A DNA stretch of 64,000 nt from Bacteriovoracia bacterium (lineage in GTDB: Bacteria > Bdellovibrionota > UBA1018 > CAIPTA01), in contig JBFWVL010000002.1 of NCBI GenBank assembly GCA_050246755.1, forward strand, positions 256,001 through 320,000, given 5' to 3'. Positions within the stretch are counted from its first letter, which is position 1. Every line of letters starts with the position of its first letter. The notes below the pieces were generated by a model. The model saw nothing but the letters and a program-made list of their open reading frames with translations. It was not told where the DNA came from and made no database searches. The position numbers and the translations under genes were made by a program. Positions 9,325 through 19,402 of the stretch are shown here, in pieces.

Positions 9325-9869
9325 AGCATTTTATCAGCGAATTGGTTGAGCGAGGTAGCCGCGCCCACCATCTGCTTGAGCACGCCGTCCTGAATGAGTT
9401 TTCCTTCGGCGTCGAAAGCCTTATCCGCAAAAGGGCATTGCACTTGTTCGGGGATCACCCAAGTTTTGATGCCGGAAAGCACCGTGCGCAGGTGAATTAG
9501 GTTTCTCGCGCCGCCGAGGGCGCCAGGAGAGGCCGAGAGCAAAACCCCGATTTTTCCTACCCAAAGATTACCGGGAGGCCGCGTGGCCCAATCGATGGCG
9601 TTTTTTAGGTTACTGGGCGTGGAGGCGTTGTATTCGGGCGAGGCGATCACCACGATGGGGTATTCTTCAAGAGCTTTGCGGAAATTCAGGATCGAGGCGT
9701 CGAGGGGCTTTTTTTCCAGGTCCTCGTTCATTAGGGGCATCTCGAGGGGAGGATAGAGCTTAGTTTGGGCGCCTTCCTTCTCGAGCAGCGCAAGGAAATT
9801 GCGAAGGAGCTTCAAATTATAAGAATCCACACGTAAACTACCACAGATACCCAGAACCTTTTTTTGCAT
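9315..9869 (-). CDS. NAD(P)H-dependent FMN reductase
   Basis: GICGSLRVDSYN, SPEYNAS, LKNAIDW, SASPGALGG. Confidence 0.9.
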   Translation of the reverse strand: MQKKVLGICGSLRVDSYNLKLLRNFLALLEKEGAQTKLYPPLEMPLMNEDLEKKPLDASILNFRKALEEYPIVVIASPEYNASTPSNLKNAIDWATRPPGNLWVGKIGVLLSASPGALGGARNLIHLRTVLSGIKTWVIPEQVQCPFADKAFDAEGKLIQDGVLKQMVGAATSLNQFADKMLQK

Positions 9870-9903
9870 GCGGGAAATGTATCTAACCCCGCGGAGGGAT
9901 GCA

Positions 9904-10317
9904 ATGGCCGATCGACAACTTAGCCTGAACCAACAGTTGGCGCTCCTCCCGGTGGCGATCGCGGATTCCGTGCTCGATTTCCTCGAAGATTTTAACTACG
10001 CCACTGCGCTGCAAACCGAAACCGTACAGTCGAGCCTGGATCCCGACTACTGGAAAAAAAACGGTGAAACCCTAAAAAATGATCTCGAAGCAGTGCGCAA
10101 AGAACTGGGAAAATTGCAGACCATTTCGGTGGAGCAGGGCGGCCGGGAAATTCCGGGCGCCTACCTCGTGCGATTGGGATTTGAAAAAGGCACCAAAGGC
10201 CTGGGTCTGCTCACGAAGATGAAAGAGAAAACGATTTTCCGCGTTTTACTCCAGCCCGGTGAGTACAACGAAGTTGCGCTCAAGGAATTAGCTAAAAATC
10301 CGCCGCAAGCGGGATGA
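9904..10317 (+). CDS. Hypothetical protein
   Basis: ORF with SD GGAGG before ATG 9904; no recognised motif. Confidence 0.65.
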   Translation: MADRQLSLNQQLALLPVAIADSVLDFLEDFNYATALQTETVQSSLDPDYWKKNGETLKNDLEAVRKELGKLQTISVEQGGREIPGAYLVRLGFEKGTKGLGLLTKMKEKTIFRVLLQPGEYNEVALKELAKNPPQAG

Positions 10318-11128
10318 GATCTTTCGGCGCGGGGCTTTCCCACAAGCTGAGGATATAGCCGCCGTTTCCTGATCCCGTAGGTTTGACGGCCAAGGCCCCC
10401 GCACTTTTTAATTGCTGCATTTGTTGCTCCACCGCGGTCGGCACTAAGTTCCATTCCCGAAAAATATCGGCCGCTTCGTTCATCGCGTTGGCGAGCTCTT
10501 TTTTTCCGTTCGGAGTGGCGAGCGCATTTTTTGCTGCCCCCACGAGCTCTCCCATTCGTTGGTCGAGCTCGGGCCTGGCGAGCGCCATTACCTGCTCCAC
10601 GCAGGCCTTCGTGGAAGATCTTAGGCCGCTGTCGAACAGGTATAATTTCGGCTGCCACGCCATGGAGAGGGGTTCGGGAGGTGCATGCCGGCGGAAGAGA
10701 ATGGGTTGTTCGCTGAGCGTGGCGGCCACGTCGATTCCGCTCGAGCTGCCGTGGAAAATATTTTCCAATTCGAGCGCCAACGCGAATGGATCCGAGCTTT
10801 GGATCCCGATTTTTTCCAGGAAGCGCACGGTGGCTACCGATAGGGCGGCCGAAGATCCGAGGCCGGCGCGCACCGGAATTTCACTCACGAGGGTAAAGGA
10901 CCATTTTTTCCCCGGTAGCTTTTTTCCGAGCAGTTCTAGCGCGCGTTCGAGGATGAGCCGGAAAGGCTGCGCGTAGTCACCCGCTGAAACCTCGAGCCCG
11001 CCACCGTTTTCTTCCTTCCATTCCAGGCGAAGCTTCTTGCTCTGAAGCGGAAAAACCAGCGCGGGCTCGCCGCGCACCACGCTATGTTCGCCGAGGAGAA
11101 TGCACTTACCGTGCACCTCAACCTTCAC
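10292..11128 (-). CDS. mvk: Mevalonate kinase (GHMP family)
   Basis: GKCILLGEHSVV, PVRAGLGSSAA, ENIFHGSSSGID, KPTGSGNGG. GTG start overlaps the mvaD stop (GTGA). Confidence 0.9.
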   Translation of the reverse strand: MKVEVHGKCILLGEHSVVRGEPALVFPLQSKKLRLEWKEENGGGLEVSAGDYAQPFRLILERALELLGKKLPGKKWSFTLVSEIPVRAGLGSSAALSVATVRFLEKIGIQSSDPFALALELENIFHGSSSGIDVAATLSEQPILFRRHAPPEPLSMAWQPKLYLFDSGLRSSTKACVEQVMALARPELDQRMGELVGAAKNALATPNGKKELANAMNEAADIFREWNLVPTAVEQQMQQLKSAGALAVKPTGSGNGGYILSLWESPAPKDLIPLAADF

Positions 11129-12066
11129 GCCTCGCTCTCCACGAATTTGATTCCGGGATGGGCCTCGCCGAGGAGGGCCCGGTAGCGCTCCCGCTCGGAA
11201 ACCGGCACCAAGAGGTGCACGTTCGGGCCGGCGTCGATCGTGGCGATCGGGCCTTTGCCCTCTTTTTCCCATCGCTCTTCCACCCAGCGAAGCATCGCCA
11301 CCGTACCGGGGGAGAAGTAGCTGAAGGGAGGAACGCTGGTATGAAACAGGCTATGCATGTCCCAAAGCTCGGCCCAGGAAATTTCGGCCACGCGCGGGAG
11401 ATTTCCGGCTTTCATGGCGGCGGTAAGCTCCTTCATCCGGTTTTCCACGCGGGTGGAACGGGTGGAGAATAAATCGCTGGTGCGCACGCGCTGGTGGGCC
11501 TCCGAGCTCGACACTTTTTTGAATCCGGTTTCGATCACCGCCACGAAATCCACGAGGGGAGGGAGGGAATTTTCCACGGGGCCGATTTTCTCGCCTTCCC
11601 ACGCGCACCAGGGAGAAAAGAAAGAGCGGCAGGAAGATCCCGATCCAGTTTGGCTGATCTTGGCTAGCGCCTCGGGAGAAGGCATGGGTTTTCCCAAAAT
11701 CTCGGCGAAGGCCATATGTGCCGTGCGCGTGAGCGCCGCGAAGCTCGAGGCGGAGCTGGCGAGGCCGGCATCGCTCGGAAAATTATTACCCGATTTCAGC
11801 TCGAAGAAGCCTTCCACACCGGCTTCGGCCTTGAGGCGCTGGAAAAACTTCACGAATCGCACCGTGGATTCTTCGCGCAGGGGCGCGGAATTGGGCAGCG
11901 GTCGCCAGCGGTCGTTCTCGGCGCCGGTGAGAGGGGAAATTTCTACTTCGGTGCGAAAATCTTTCAGCGTCATGGAAAGGCTGGGATTGGTGGCGCGGTT
12001 GCCCGGCTCTTTTCCCATGTACTTGATGAGGGCGATATTGGAGGGGGCGAATGATTTCCAGCTCAT
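11125..12066 (-). CDS. mvaD: Diphosphomevalonate decarboxylase
   Basis: APSNIALIKYMGK, NPSLS, GLASSAS, GSGSSCRS, TIDAGPNVH. Confidence 0.93.
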   Translation of the reverse strand: MSWKSFAPSNIALIKYMGKEPGNRATNPSLSMTLKDFRTEVEISPLTGAENDRWRPLPNSAPLREESTVRFVKFFQRLKAEAGVEGFFELKSGNNFPSDAGLASSASSFAALTRTAHMAFAEILGKPMPSPEALAKISQTGSGSSCRSFFSPWCAWEGEKIGPVENSLPPLVDFVAVIETGFKKVSSSEAHQRVRTSDLFSTRSTRVENRMKELTAAMKAGNLPRVAEISWAELWDMHSLFHTSVPPFSYFSPGTVAMLRWVEERWEKEGKGPIATIDAGPNVHLLVPVSERERYRALLGEAHPGIKFVESEA

Positions 12067-12075
12067 GCATCAGGT

Positions 12076-12900
12076 TTATATCGGGAGGGAGGCTACCTCA
12101 ACCAAAGAATGGTATTCGGCCCAGTCGCTAAGGTCTATTTTCTTGGCGCTGCACACCAGGAGTACGTCGCTTCCCATGGCCCCGCAGCCTTTGGCGGCCA
12201 AAACCTCTTTGATCCTATCCAGGGATTTTAGTGCCGCCGCCGAGTGCCCCGCCACGAGATCCAGGCGCGCTAGTTCTTTTTCATAAGCGCGAACCGAGTC
12301 TAGAAAAATCGCGGTTTTGCCCTCGCTGCACGCCAGGATTCCTTGGTCGGCGATTTGCGTCAGGATTTTCACGTTCAGCGCAGATTTCTCTTCTAGGTGC
12401 ACATGGGTAGGAAGTTTACGGCCGGTGTGAAAGAGCGTGGCCTGAATGCCTAATTTCCCCAGGGGAAAGAAATTCAGTTTTCGCTGATTCAGATCGACAT
12501 AAAGGAGGGCGGCAGATGTGGTGGATCCCTGGGCAAGGAGATCGGCCCCGCTCCCGGTGCAACCTAGTTTTTTATAAAGGTCCCAGGCTTCCCAGGCGAA
12601 GGCTTCATTTCCCGGATTATTTTTTTTTGCCGCCAGCACCGACAGGAATTCCGCGCCCGATCCGCCGAAACCTCCCTTACCTTGGTGAGGATCGCGGAAT
12701 TCCAGCGTGCGTAGGTCTACGCCGATCAGCCTGGAGGCCTTTCCCGCGGCGGATTCGGCGTGAAAGGCGGGCTTGGTGCGAGTCTTCTCCGTGCTTACTT
12801 CGAAGTTCGGCCCGTGCGCCAGGAGCAATGCGCGCCCATTTTGCAAAATAGCGTATTCGCCGAGCACGAAGGTTTTGCTGGGAAAGGAAAAAGTAGGCAA
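12076..12900 (-). CDS. Divergent GHMP kinase, probable phosphomevalonate kinase
   Basis: PSKTFVLGEYAIL, GFGGSGAEF, SGAD, KGCGAMGSD; position inside the mevalonate operon. Confidence 0.75.
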   Translation of the reverse strand: MPTFSFPSKTFVLGEYAILQNGRALLLAHGPNFEVSTEKTRTKPAFHAESAAGKASRLIGVDLRTLEFRDPHQGKGGFGGSGAEFLSVLAAKKNNPGNEAFAWEAWDLYKKLGCTGSGADLLAQGSTTSAALLYVDLNQRKLNFFPLGKLGIQATLFHTGRKLPTHVHLEEKSALNVKILTQIADQGILACSEGKTAIFLDSVRAYEKELARLDLVAGHSAAALKSLDRIKEVLAAKGCGAMGSDVLLVCSAKKIDLSDWAEYHSLVEVASLPI

Positions 12901-12903
12901 GGA

Positions 12904-14199
12904 TCAGGTGCCGGAATTGAAGGCGCGCAGGAGATCGAGGAGCTCGCGGGCGCGGGTCATCGTGATGGTTTTTTCCCGCTTAAGGGCCGCGAGGAGTTTT
13001 TCCCGCAGCGGAGCCATTTCTCCGGGCATCGCGCCCACCGCGATGGCAAGGTTAGTGGCGTGTAGATTCATATGACCCTTCACGATTCCCACCGTGGAGA
13101 GGGCCTTGAGCGCGCCGAGATTCTGGATCAGCCCCACGGCCGCAATTTTGCGCGAAAGCTCTTCGGCGCTTTCGGCGTTGAGGATGCGCAAGCATACTTG
13201 GGCGGTAGGATGGAGCTTCGTTACGCCGCCCACGGTGCCTACCACGAGGGGCGCCGAGAATTCGCCTACGAGAGTTTCCCCATCCATGCGCCATTTCGTC
13301 ACGGGCTCGTAATGGCCGTTACGGGTGCAGTAGGCGTGCACGCCGGCTTCCACGGCGCGCCAGTCGTTGCCGGTGGCGATGAGCACGGGGTCGATTCCGT
13401 TCATCACGCCCTTATTATGGGTGGCGGCGCGGTAAGGGTCGAGCTCGGCGAAGAGCGAAGCTTCGGCGATGCCGCGCCCTACGTCGGGGTCGATGCCTGG
13501 CAAGCGCACGGTGGCTTTCGTGATTTTCGTGTCCACCAAATTAGAAAGGATGCAGAGGCCCACTTTTTCGCCGGTCCAGGCGGCGAGGTAAGGCTTGATC
13601 GCTTCGCAGACTTGGTTGATCAAATTGGCGCCCATGGCGTCGCAGGGATCCATGTACACGTGGAGCACGAGCATTTCCCGGCCATCGGGGCGTTCCATCC
13701 GGCGTACCTGAAAGCTGCGCACGCCGCCGCCACGTTTCACGAGGCCGGGCACCACCGAGTTGGCGATGGCGAGTAATTCGTCGGTGCGGGCGCGGATGGT
13801 CTCGATCAGGTTGTCTTTTGCGTCCACGTGAGGGAACTGCACTTGGCCGATGATCGAGCGGCCCTCCACCGAAGTGGTCACGCTGAAGCCTTCGTGGGAG
13901 CGAACCCATTTGGCGGTACCGCTGCAGGCCGCGATCACGGAAGTTTCTTCGATGGCCATCGGGATCGGCACGTCCACGCCGTCGATTTGAAAATAGGCGG
14001 CGAGGCCGAGCGGCATCGGAAAGGTGCCGATGAGGTTTTCCACGAAGTGTTCGGCTAAATCTAAATCGAGGGGAGAGCGGCCTTCGAGGATATCGAGGTC
14101 GGCGTCGCTGAGGTTCGCCATGCTTTTCAGGCGGGCGAGTCTTTCCTCGCGGGAAATTTTGGAAAATCCTTGGAATAGGGCTTCTAGATTTTCCGCCAT
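12904..14199 (-). CDS. mvaA: Class II HMG-CoA reductase
   Basis: ENLIG, EETSVIAA, DAMGAN, THNKG, GNDWRA, GHMNLH. Confidence 0.95.
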   Translation of the reverse strand: MAENLEALFQGFSKISREERLARLKSMANLSDADLDILEGRSPLDLDLAEHFVENLIGTFPMPLGLAAYFQIDGVDVPIPMAIEETSVIAACSGTAKWVRSHEGFSVTTSVEGRSIIGQVQFPHVDAKDNLIETIRARTDELLAIANSVVPGLVKRGGGVRSFQVRRMERPDGREMLVLHVYMDPCDAMGANLINQVCEAIKPYLAAWTGEKVGLCILSNLVDTKITKATVRLPGIDPDVGRGIAEASLFAELDPYRAATHNKGVMNGIDPVLIATGNDWRAVEAGVHAYCTRNGHYEPVTKWRMDGETLVGEFSAPLVVGTVGGVTKLHPTAQVCLRILNAESAEELSRKIAAVGLIQNLGALKALSTVGIVKGHMNLHATNLAIAVGAMPGEMAPLREKLLAALKREKTITMTRARELLDLLRAFNSGT

Positions 14200-15221
14200 T
14201 TTTTCGCCTTTCTCAAAGCTTCCGGGCTTTTCGATCCGGTGCAGAATAGGGCCACTTTGAGCTCAAATTCCATTGCCTGCATCCAGGCTTCCAGCTCCGC
14301 TTCCCCCAAGAGCGCTTTTTCGAGCGCGGGTTTCGCGAAACCTACTTTTCGGGCGCCTAGAGCCAGGGCCTTAGCCGCCTCTAATCCTGACCGTATCCCA
14401 CCGCTTGCCCATATTTCAAGCTTGGCGGGAAATTTTTGCTGCATGGCATTATAGAGGGATTCCACGGTGCTTTCGCCCCAGCCAGCGAAGGTTTGGGCGG
14501 CCTGTTTTTGGATACTGGCGTCGGGAGCCCGGCCGCCTTCGATCCGGCCCCAGTGGGTACCGCCGTAGCCGCTAAGGTCGATCACGCTGAGCCCGATAGT
14601 GCGGAGTCTCTTCAGGGTGGCGGCCGAAAAGCCGCAACCCGTTTCTTTCAGAATCACGGGCACGGGGCTGGATTTACAAAGTTTTTCGAGCGCCTTGAGA
14701 CCGCCCTTAAAATTAGGAGTTCCCTCGGGCTGCAGGGCTTCCTGCATGGGATTCGTGTGCACGATGAGCGCCGCCGCCTGGAGGGACTCGGCCAAGCCGA
14801 GCACCTTGGCTACCGGATTCGTGATGATTTGGCTCAGGCCCACATTGCTGAAAAGCAAGGCCCCGGGCGCCTCGGATCTCAGGCGCTTCCATTCCGTCTT
14901 AGCTCCGGAATCGGTGAGCTCGCGGCGCTGGGAGCCAAGTCCCATGGGCCATTTCCGGCGCGCGGCCGTGCGGGCGAGGGTGAAATTAAGAGCCTCTCCC
15001 TGGTGGTGCCCGGCCGTCATCGAAGAAATAAAGAAAGGGCTCGCGGCTTGGTATTTCCAAAAATTCGTGGCGAGGCTGATCTCGCTGAAATCGAGTTCGG
15101 GAATAGCTTCGTGCACAAGGTGAATTTGACCGAAGCCGCTACCGCCGAGGGCTTCCATCGAGGGATCGAGGGCGAGGCGTAAATGATCAGCCTTGCGGCT
15201 CTCGAAGCGCTCCGTATTCAT
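14184..15221 (-). CDS. fni: Type 2 isopentenyl-diphosphate isomerase
   Basis: RKADH, SSMTAG, GSQR, NPMQE..QPEG, KETGCG, GGTHW..IE, SGGIR. Confidence 0.95.
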   Translation of the reverse strand: MNTERFESRKADHLRLALDPSMEALGGSGFGQIHLVHEAIPELDFSEISLATNFWKYQAASPFFISSMTAGHHQGEALNFTLARTAARRKWPMGLGSQRRELTDSGAKTEWKRLRSEAPGALLFSNVGLSQIITNPVAKVLGLAESLQAAALIVHTNPMQEALQPEGTPNFKGGLKALEKLCKSSPVPVILKETGCGFSAATLKRLRTIGLSVIDLSGYGGTHWGRIEGGRAPDASIQKQAAQTFAGWGESTVESLYNAMQQKFPAKLEIWASGGIRSGLEAAKALALGARKVGFAKPALEKALLGEAELEAWMQAMEFELKVALFCTGSKSPEALRKAKKWRKI

Positions 15222-15300
15222 GCTTCTACCTTATAGAACTTCGTTTTTTTTGTCGAGGCGATTGCTTGCGGTGCGAAGGGGCGCAGGATAATTTTTCCCT

Positions 15301-16563
15301 ATGCAAAATGCGGAAGCCAAGCGCGCCTTGAAGCTCGCGAGCATCGTGATTGCCGGGGCGCTCTTAGAGTGGCTCGGCGCCACGAATTATCTCTGGGTTT
15401 TTCCGCTCGTATTCCCGGGGCTGGGGCTCTGGCTACTGTTTGCGTGTGGAGACATTCTTCTTCTGCGCTCCGCCTTTTCGGGTATCGAGCAAGCGAGGCT
15501 TTTGCTGTGGGGCACCGGGCTTTCGCTCTTCGCGGCCTATGGGGGTTTTCCCCTAACCGGAGTTTTTCTCGTGCTGGCTCCGGCGGCACTATGGGCTTTG
15601 AGCCGCCATGGCAATCGCATTTTATTAAAAGCCGCAGTGCCGGTTTTGTTTTTTATTTTTTTTCTCGGCCACGACGAGAATTTTTTTCACTGGAACCTCG
15701 ACCAAAAAAATCTGGGCTGGAGATTTTCGGTGCACCTGGTGGCGCTCTTCGCATTCTTTCGCGCTTGTTCCTGGCTGGCGGCGGTGGCCGGCCGGGGAGA
15801 GCGCCCCTCTTTTACCGCCACGATGGAATATTTCATTGCGCCGGCTTTCTGGCTTAGTCCGCTCCACGCCAGCCACCTGATTTGGGCGCGGATGCAGGAG
15901 GAAACCCACGAAGAGGGCGATGCTTTTCTCTGGATCGTCCGCGGGCTTTTTCACGCGGTTTGTTTGAGTCTGGTCTGCCGCTTGGCCCTGCCTTGGCTGG
16001 GCGGGCTCTACGGCGGGGGAATAAAACAGATTTTTTGGTACGAATGGCTCAGCCTCGGGCCCGTGCTCTTTTTGCTGGCCTATCTGGATAAATCCCAGGT
16101 GTCCTATTTGGTGGCGGGTTTTCTCCGCCTCTCGGGAAAAAATATCGAGCCCGATTTTCGCTCTCCCTGGCTCGCCTTCGATCTCCTCGACTACTGGCGT
16201 CGCTTTCACTACTGGCTCTGGGAATTTTACATGGATGTTCTCTACCCGATCCTACTCGTGCCCTTATCGAGGAGAATGCGGGCCGAGTTCGCGTTGCCGC
16301 TAGCCCTTTTTTTTTCTTTTTCCCTTGGCACCGGCTCCGGGCATTTCCTTTCCTACCGCGCGGGCTTGGGCATGAGCCTCGCGCTCGGGGCGTTTTTTGG
16401 CTTGGCCACGATGCTGCACTATTATCTGCGCTTGCCCTTAAAATCCCGCTGGATTGGTATTCCGGCCACTTGGCTCACGATTTTTCTGTTATATTCCCTA
16501 GCCTATCCCGTATTCGGGCTCGGCTGGGGCTTCGCGGAGTTCCGCCAATTTTTTGGGAGCTAA
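15301..16563 (+). CDS. MBOAT-family membrane-bound O-acyltransferase (divergent)
   Basis: Multi-TM protein; DFRSPWLAFDLLDYWRRFHYWLWEFYMDVLYP matches the MBOAT NFxxP..FWRRWH..W..DY.Y.P block. Confidence 0.7.
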   Translation: MQNAEAKRALKLASIVIAGALLEWLGATNYLWVFPLVFPGLGLWLLFACGDILLLRSAFSGIEQARLLLWGTGLSLFAAYGGFPLTGVFLVLAPAALWALSRHGNRILLKAAVPVLFFIFFLGHDENFFHWNLDQKNLGWRFSVHLVALFAFFRACSWLAAVAGRGERPSFTATMEYFIAPAFWLSPLHASHLIWARMQEETHEEGDAFLWIVRGLFHAVCLSLVCRLALPWLGGLYGGGIKQIFWYEWLSLGPVLFLLAYLDKSQVSYLVAGFLRLSGKNIEPDFRSPWLAFDLLDYWRRFHYWLWEFYMDVLYPILLVPLSRRMRAEFALPLALFFSFSLGTGSGHFLSYRAGLGMSLALGAFFGLATMLHYYLRLPLKSRWIGIPATWLTIFLLYSLAYPVFGLGWGFAEFRQFFGS

Positions 16564-16564
16564 A

Positions 16565-17323
16565 ATGCTGAAGGTAATCGAAGTGGCGGGAAAAGACGCC
16601 GCCGAATTTCTACATCGCGTAACGGCCGGAACCGTAAAAAAACTTACGGTGGGCCAGGGCGCGCCCGGGCTTTTGCTCAATGGGCAATCACGGATGATCG
16701 CGCAGTTCGATCTGCTGCGAGCTGAAAATTCCTACTGGCTCGTAGCCCCGGAGGAATGTGCCGGTGCACTAACGGATAACCTAGAGCGCTTGCATTTTTC
16801 CGAAGAGCTGGAAATTCGGAGCCTGCCAGAAAGTGTTTCGGTGGTGAGGGGGGAAGGCAACGCCGAACGGGGAAAAATCTTTTCCTGGGCCACCACCGAA
16901 GCCGGTAAGCGCTGGGCTAGCGGAGCCGAGGATTTTTATTTTCAGCAGAGCAATCTGGCCATCGATCCCGAGTGGGATTTTGCCCGCATCGGCGCCGGAT
17001 TGCCCTGGCCCATAAAAGATTGGGACGAAAGCACTCCCGCGCTCGAAGCCAGCCAGCTCCACGCGATCGACCGAGAAAAGGGCTGCTACCCCGGCCAGGA
17101 AGTGGTGGAGCTTTCGCTCAACGTGGGGCATCCGGTGCGTGTATTGATCGCGGTGGAAGGGGAAGCGGAGCTCATTTCCGGAGAAAAAATCGCGCTGGTT
17201 CCTCACGGTGAAGGAAAAGTTTGTTCTGTGGCCGTGCGCGGCAATATCACCCGCGCACTGGTGCGTGTCCCCTGGAGCGCCCGGGAATCGGCGCCAGCTA
17301 ATTTTCGTAAAATTCGGGGGTAG
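16565..17323 (+). CDS. ygfZ: YgfZ/GcvT-like folate-binding protein
   Basis: IEVAGKDAAEFLH, KGCYPGQE signature. Confidence 0.85.
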   Translation: MLKVIEVAGKDAAEFLHRVTAGTVKKLTVGQGAPGLLLNGQSRMIAQFDLLRAENSYWLVAPEECAGALTDNLERLHFSEELEIRSLPESVSVVRGEGNAERGKIFSWATTEAGKRWASGAEDFYFQQSNLAIDPEWDFARIGAGLPWPIKDWDESTPALEASQLHAIDREKGCYPGQEVVELSLNVGHPVRVLIAVEGEAELISGEKIALVPHGEGKVCSVAVRGNITRALVRVPWSARESAPANFRKIRG

Positions 17324-17371
17324 CGCGGAGCCGCTCCCAAAGTTACAATAGCGTTAGGGGAGACGCATCGA

Positions 17372-17671
17372 ATGCCGCAAGTAAAAGTGAAGCACGCTAT
17401 CGCCGGGGAAAAGAAAAAAGTATTTGCCGCGGTGAAATCCTACCTCCAGGGCCGCGATACTCTCTCGAAGCTCGGAGCCGATATCGAGTGGGACGATAAA
17501 TCCTGCTCCGCCGAAATTTCCGGCGGAAGTTTCGAGGGCAATCTCGCCGTTACCGAAAAAAGCGGCAAATCCGAAGTCGAGATCACTATCCAGCTGCCCC
17601 TCCTCATGACCCCCTTCAAGGGCAAGGTGGAAGAGGAGCTGAAGAAGCATCTAGGGCGCGTGGAAGTTTAG
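17372..17671 (+). CDS. Polyhydroxyalkanoic-acid-system (PHA_gran_rgn-like) small protein
   Basis: 99 aa; MPQVKVKH..., C-terminal LPLLMTPFKGKVEEEL is typical of this family. Confidence 0.7.
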   Translation: MPQVKVKHAIAGEKKKVFAAVKSYLQGRDTLSKLGADIEWDDKSCSAEISGGSFEGNLAVTEKSGKSEVEITIQLPLLMTPFKGKVEEELKKHLGRVEV

Positions 17672-19209
17672 TTCATCTCCACGGTCTTTAAATCCAGCTT
17701 ATCCAATGCATTCAGCTTCAGCCCTTTTACGGTGGGCGAAACCAGCACGTTCAACGAATCGATGAAAAGGGGGATGATCACCACGTCTTTCTCGAGGAGC
17801 ATGGCCTGTGCATTTTTGTACATCGCGAGGCGCTTGGCCATATTGCTTTCACCGGCTGCGGATTCTACGAGTTTGTCGAACTCTTTGCTCTTCCAGTTCG
17901 TATGGTTATTGTCGCTGTAGGACGTGAAGAGATCGAGGAAGTTATTCGGGTCCGGGTAGTCGGCGCCCCAGCCCATGCGGAACATCGCGGGCACGTCGGT
18001 CTTGAGGCGGTTGAGGTAAACCTTCCAGTCTTCGTTCTGGGCGCGCAGGTGCACGCCGAGGTTGGTCTGCCACATCGATTGTAAGCGCTCGGCGATCACT
18101 TTATTATCGTCGCGGGTATCGAACATGAACGTCACTTCCGGGAAGCCCTTACCGCCCGGGAAACCAGCATCGGCCAAAAGTTTTTGGGCTTTCTTTACAT
18201 CGAATCCGAGGCCGATATTGGGCTCGTAGCCCGGCATTCCTTTGGGGACCCAGCTGGTGGTGGGCAGCTGTCCGCCTTTGAGCAAACTCACGATTTGCGA
18301 GCGGTCGATGGCGTGGGCGAAGGCTTGGCGCACGCGCACGTCCTTGAACGGGGCTTTGTCGATATTGAAGCCGTAGTAGTAGCCGCGCAGGAAGGGAGCA
18401 TTGCGGTAGGCGGGGCTAGCTTTTAGGCGCTCGATCTCGAGGGCGGGGAGGCGGGAGACATAATGGAGCGAGCCGCTCTCGAACATATTGATGGCGGTGG
18501 TGTCCTCGTTCACGATGTAGGCGTTCACCTTTTGGAGCTTCGGGGCTCCGCCGTAGTATTTGGCGTTGGGTAGGAGCACTACTTTCGAATCATGCTTCCA
18601 CTCGCCGAGCGTGAAGGCGCCGCTGGTCACCAGCTTGCCTGGGTCCGTCCATTTATTGCCGTATTTCTCGATCAAATCTTTTCGGATCGGAAAGGTAACG
18701 GTGAAGGTAGGGATGGTGGGAAAAAAGGCGGCTGGCTTAGTGAGCGTGACGACGAAAGTTTTATCATTCACGGCTTTGAAGCCGAGCTTCGAGGAATCCT
18801 TTAACTTTCCTTCGTTGTATTCCTTGGCGCCCACCACGGAAAAAAGAAAATAGGAATATTCCGAAGCCGTTTTCGGATTCAGGAGGCGTTCCCAGGAATC
18901 CCAGAAGTGCTGGGCGGTGAGGGGAGTGCCGTCGCTCCACACGAGGTTATCCCGCAAGGTATAGGTATAGGTTTTTCCGTCTTTGGAAACAGCCCAGCTT
19001 TTTGCCAGGGCGGGTTTGGGCTGGAGTTTGTCATCGTAATTGGCAAGCCCATCCATGAGATTTTGGAGAAGGGTGATCGAAACGTTATCGGTGGCGAGAG
19101 TCCAGTCCAGCGTGGGCGGCTCAGAGTGAATGCGAAGGTTGAACTCCTGTTTTGCGGCAAGAGCGTTGAGCGAAACAATGGCGGCCAAGATGATCAAAAT
19201 ATTCTTCAC
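17668..19209 (-). CDS. oppA: Oligopeptide ABC transporter substrate-binding protein (no permease or ATPase genes adjacent)
   Basis: Signal peptide; EPPTLD, SKDGKTYTYTLR..WSDG.PLTA, GWGADYPDP. Confidence 0.92.
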   Translation of the reverse strand: MKNILIILAAIVSLNALAAKQEFNLRIHSEPPTLDWTLATDNVSITLLQNLMDGLANYDDKLQPKPALAKSWAVSKDGKTYTYTLRDNLVWSDGTPLTAQHFWDSWERLLNPKTASEYSYFLFSVVGAKEYNEGKLKDSSKLGFKAVNDKTFVVTLTKPAAFFPTIPTFTVTFPIRKDLIEKYGNKWTDPGKLVTSGAFTLGEWKHDSKVVLLPNAKYYGGAPKLQKVNAYIVNEDTTAINMFESGSLHYVSRLPALEIERLKASPAYRNAPFLRGYYYGFNIDKAPFKDVRVRQAFAHAIDRSQIVSLLKGGQLPTTSWVPKGMPGYEPNIGLGFDVKKAQKLLADAGFPGGKGFPEVTFMFDTRDDNKVIAERLQSMWQTNLGVHLRAQNEDWKVYLNRLKTDVPAMFRMGWGADYPDPNNFLDLFTSYSDNNHTNWKSKEFDKLVESAAGESNMAKRLAMYKNAQAMLLEKDVVIIPLFIDSLNVLVSPTVKGLKLNALDKLDLKTVEMN

Positions 19210-19402
19210 GGGTTCTCCTCGTTGCGTTCAGCGCTCGATATCACCTTAGAACTCTGGAACAAGCAAAATTTTCTTTTGAAAAAAGAATTGAAAAATTCTT
19301 GCAAAGCCTCAGAAACTTTGTACGCTTAGGGTTGTCAGAGGATGTAAGGGCTTACAACAACGAAATGGATTTCGTTCAAACGGCTCTTACTGGTGGGGGA
19401 AT

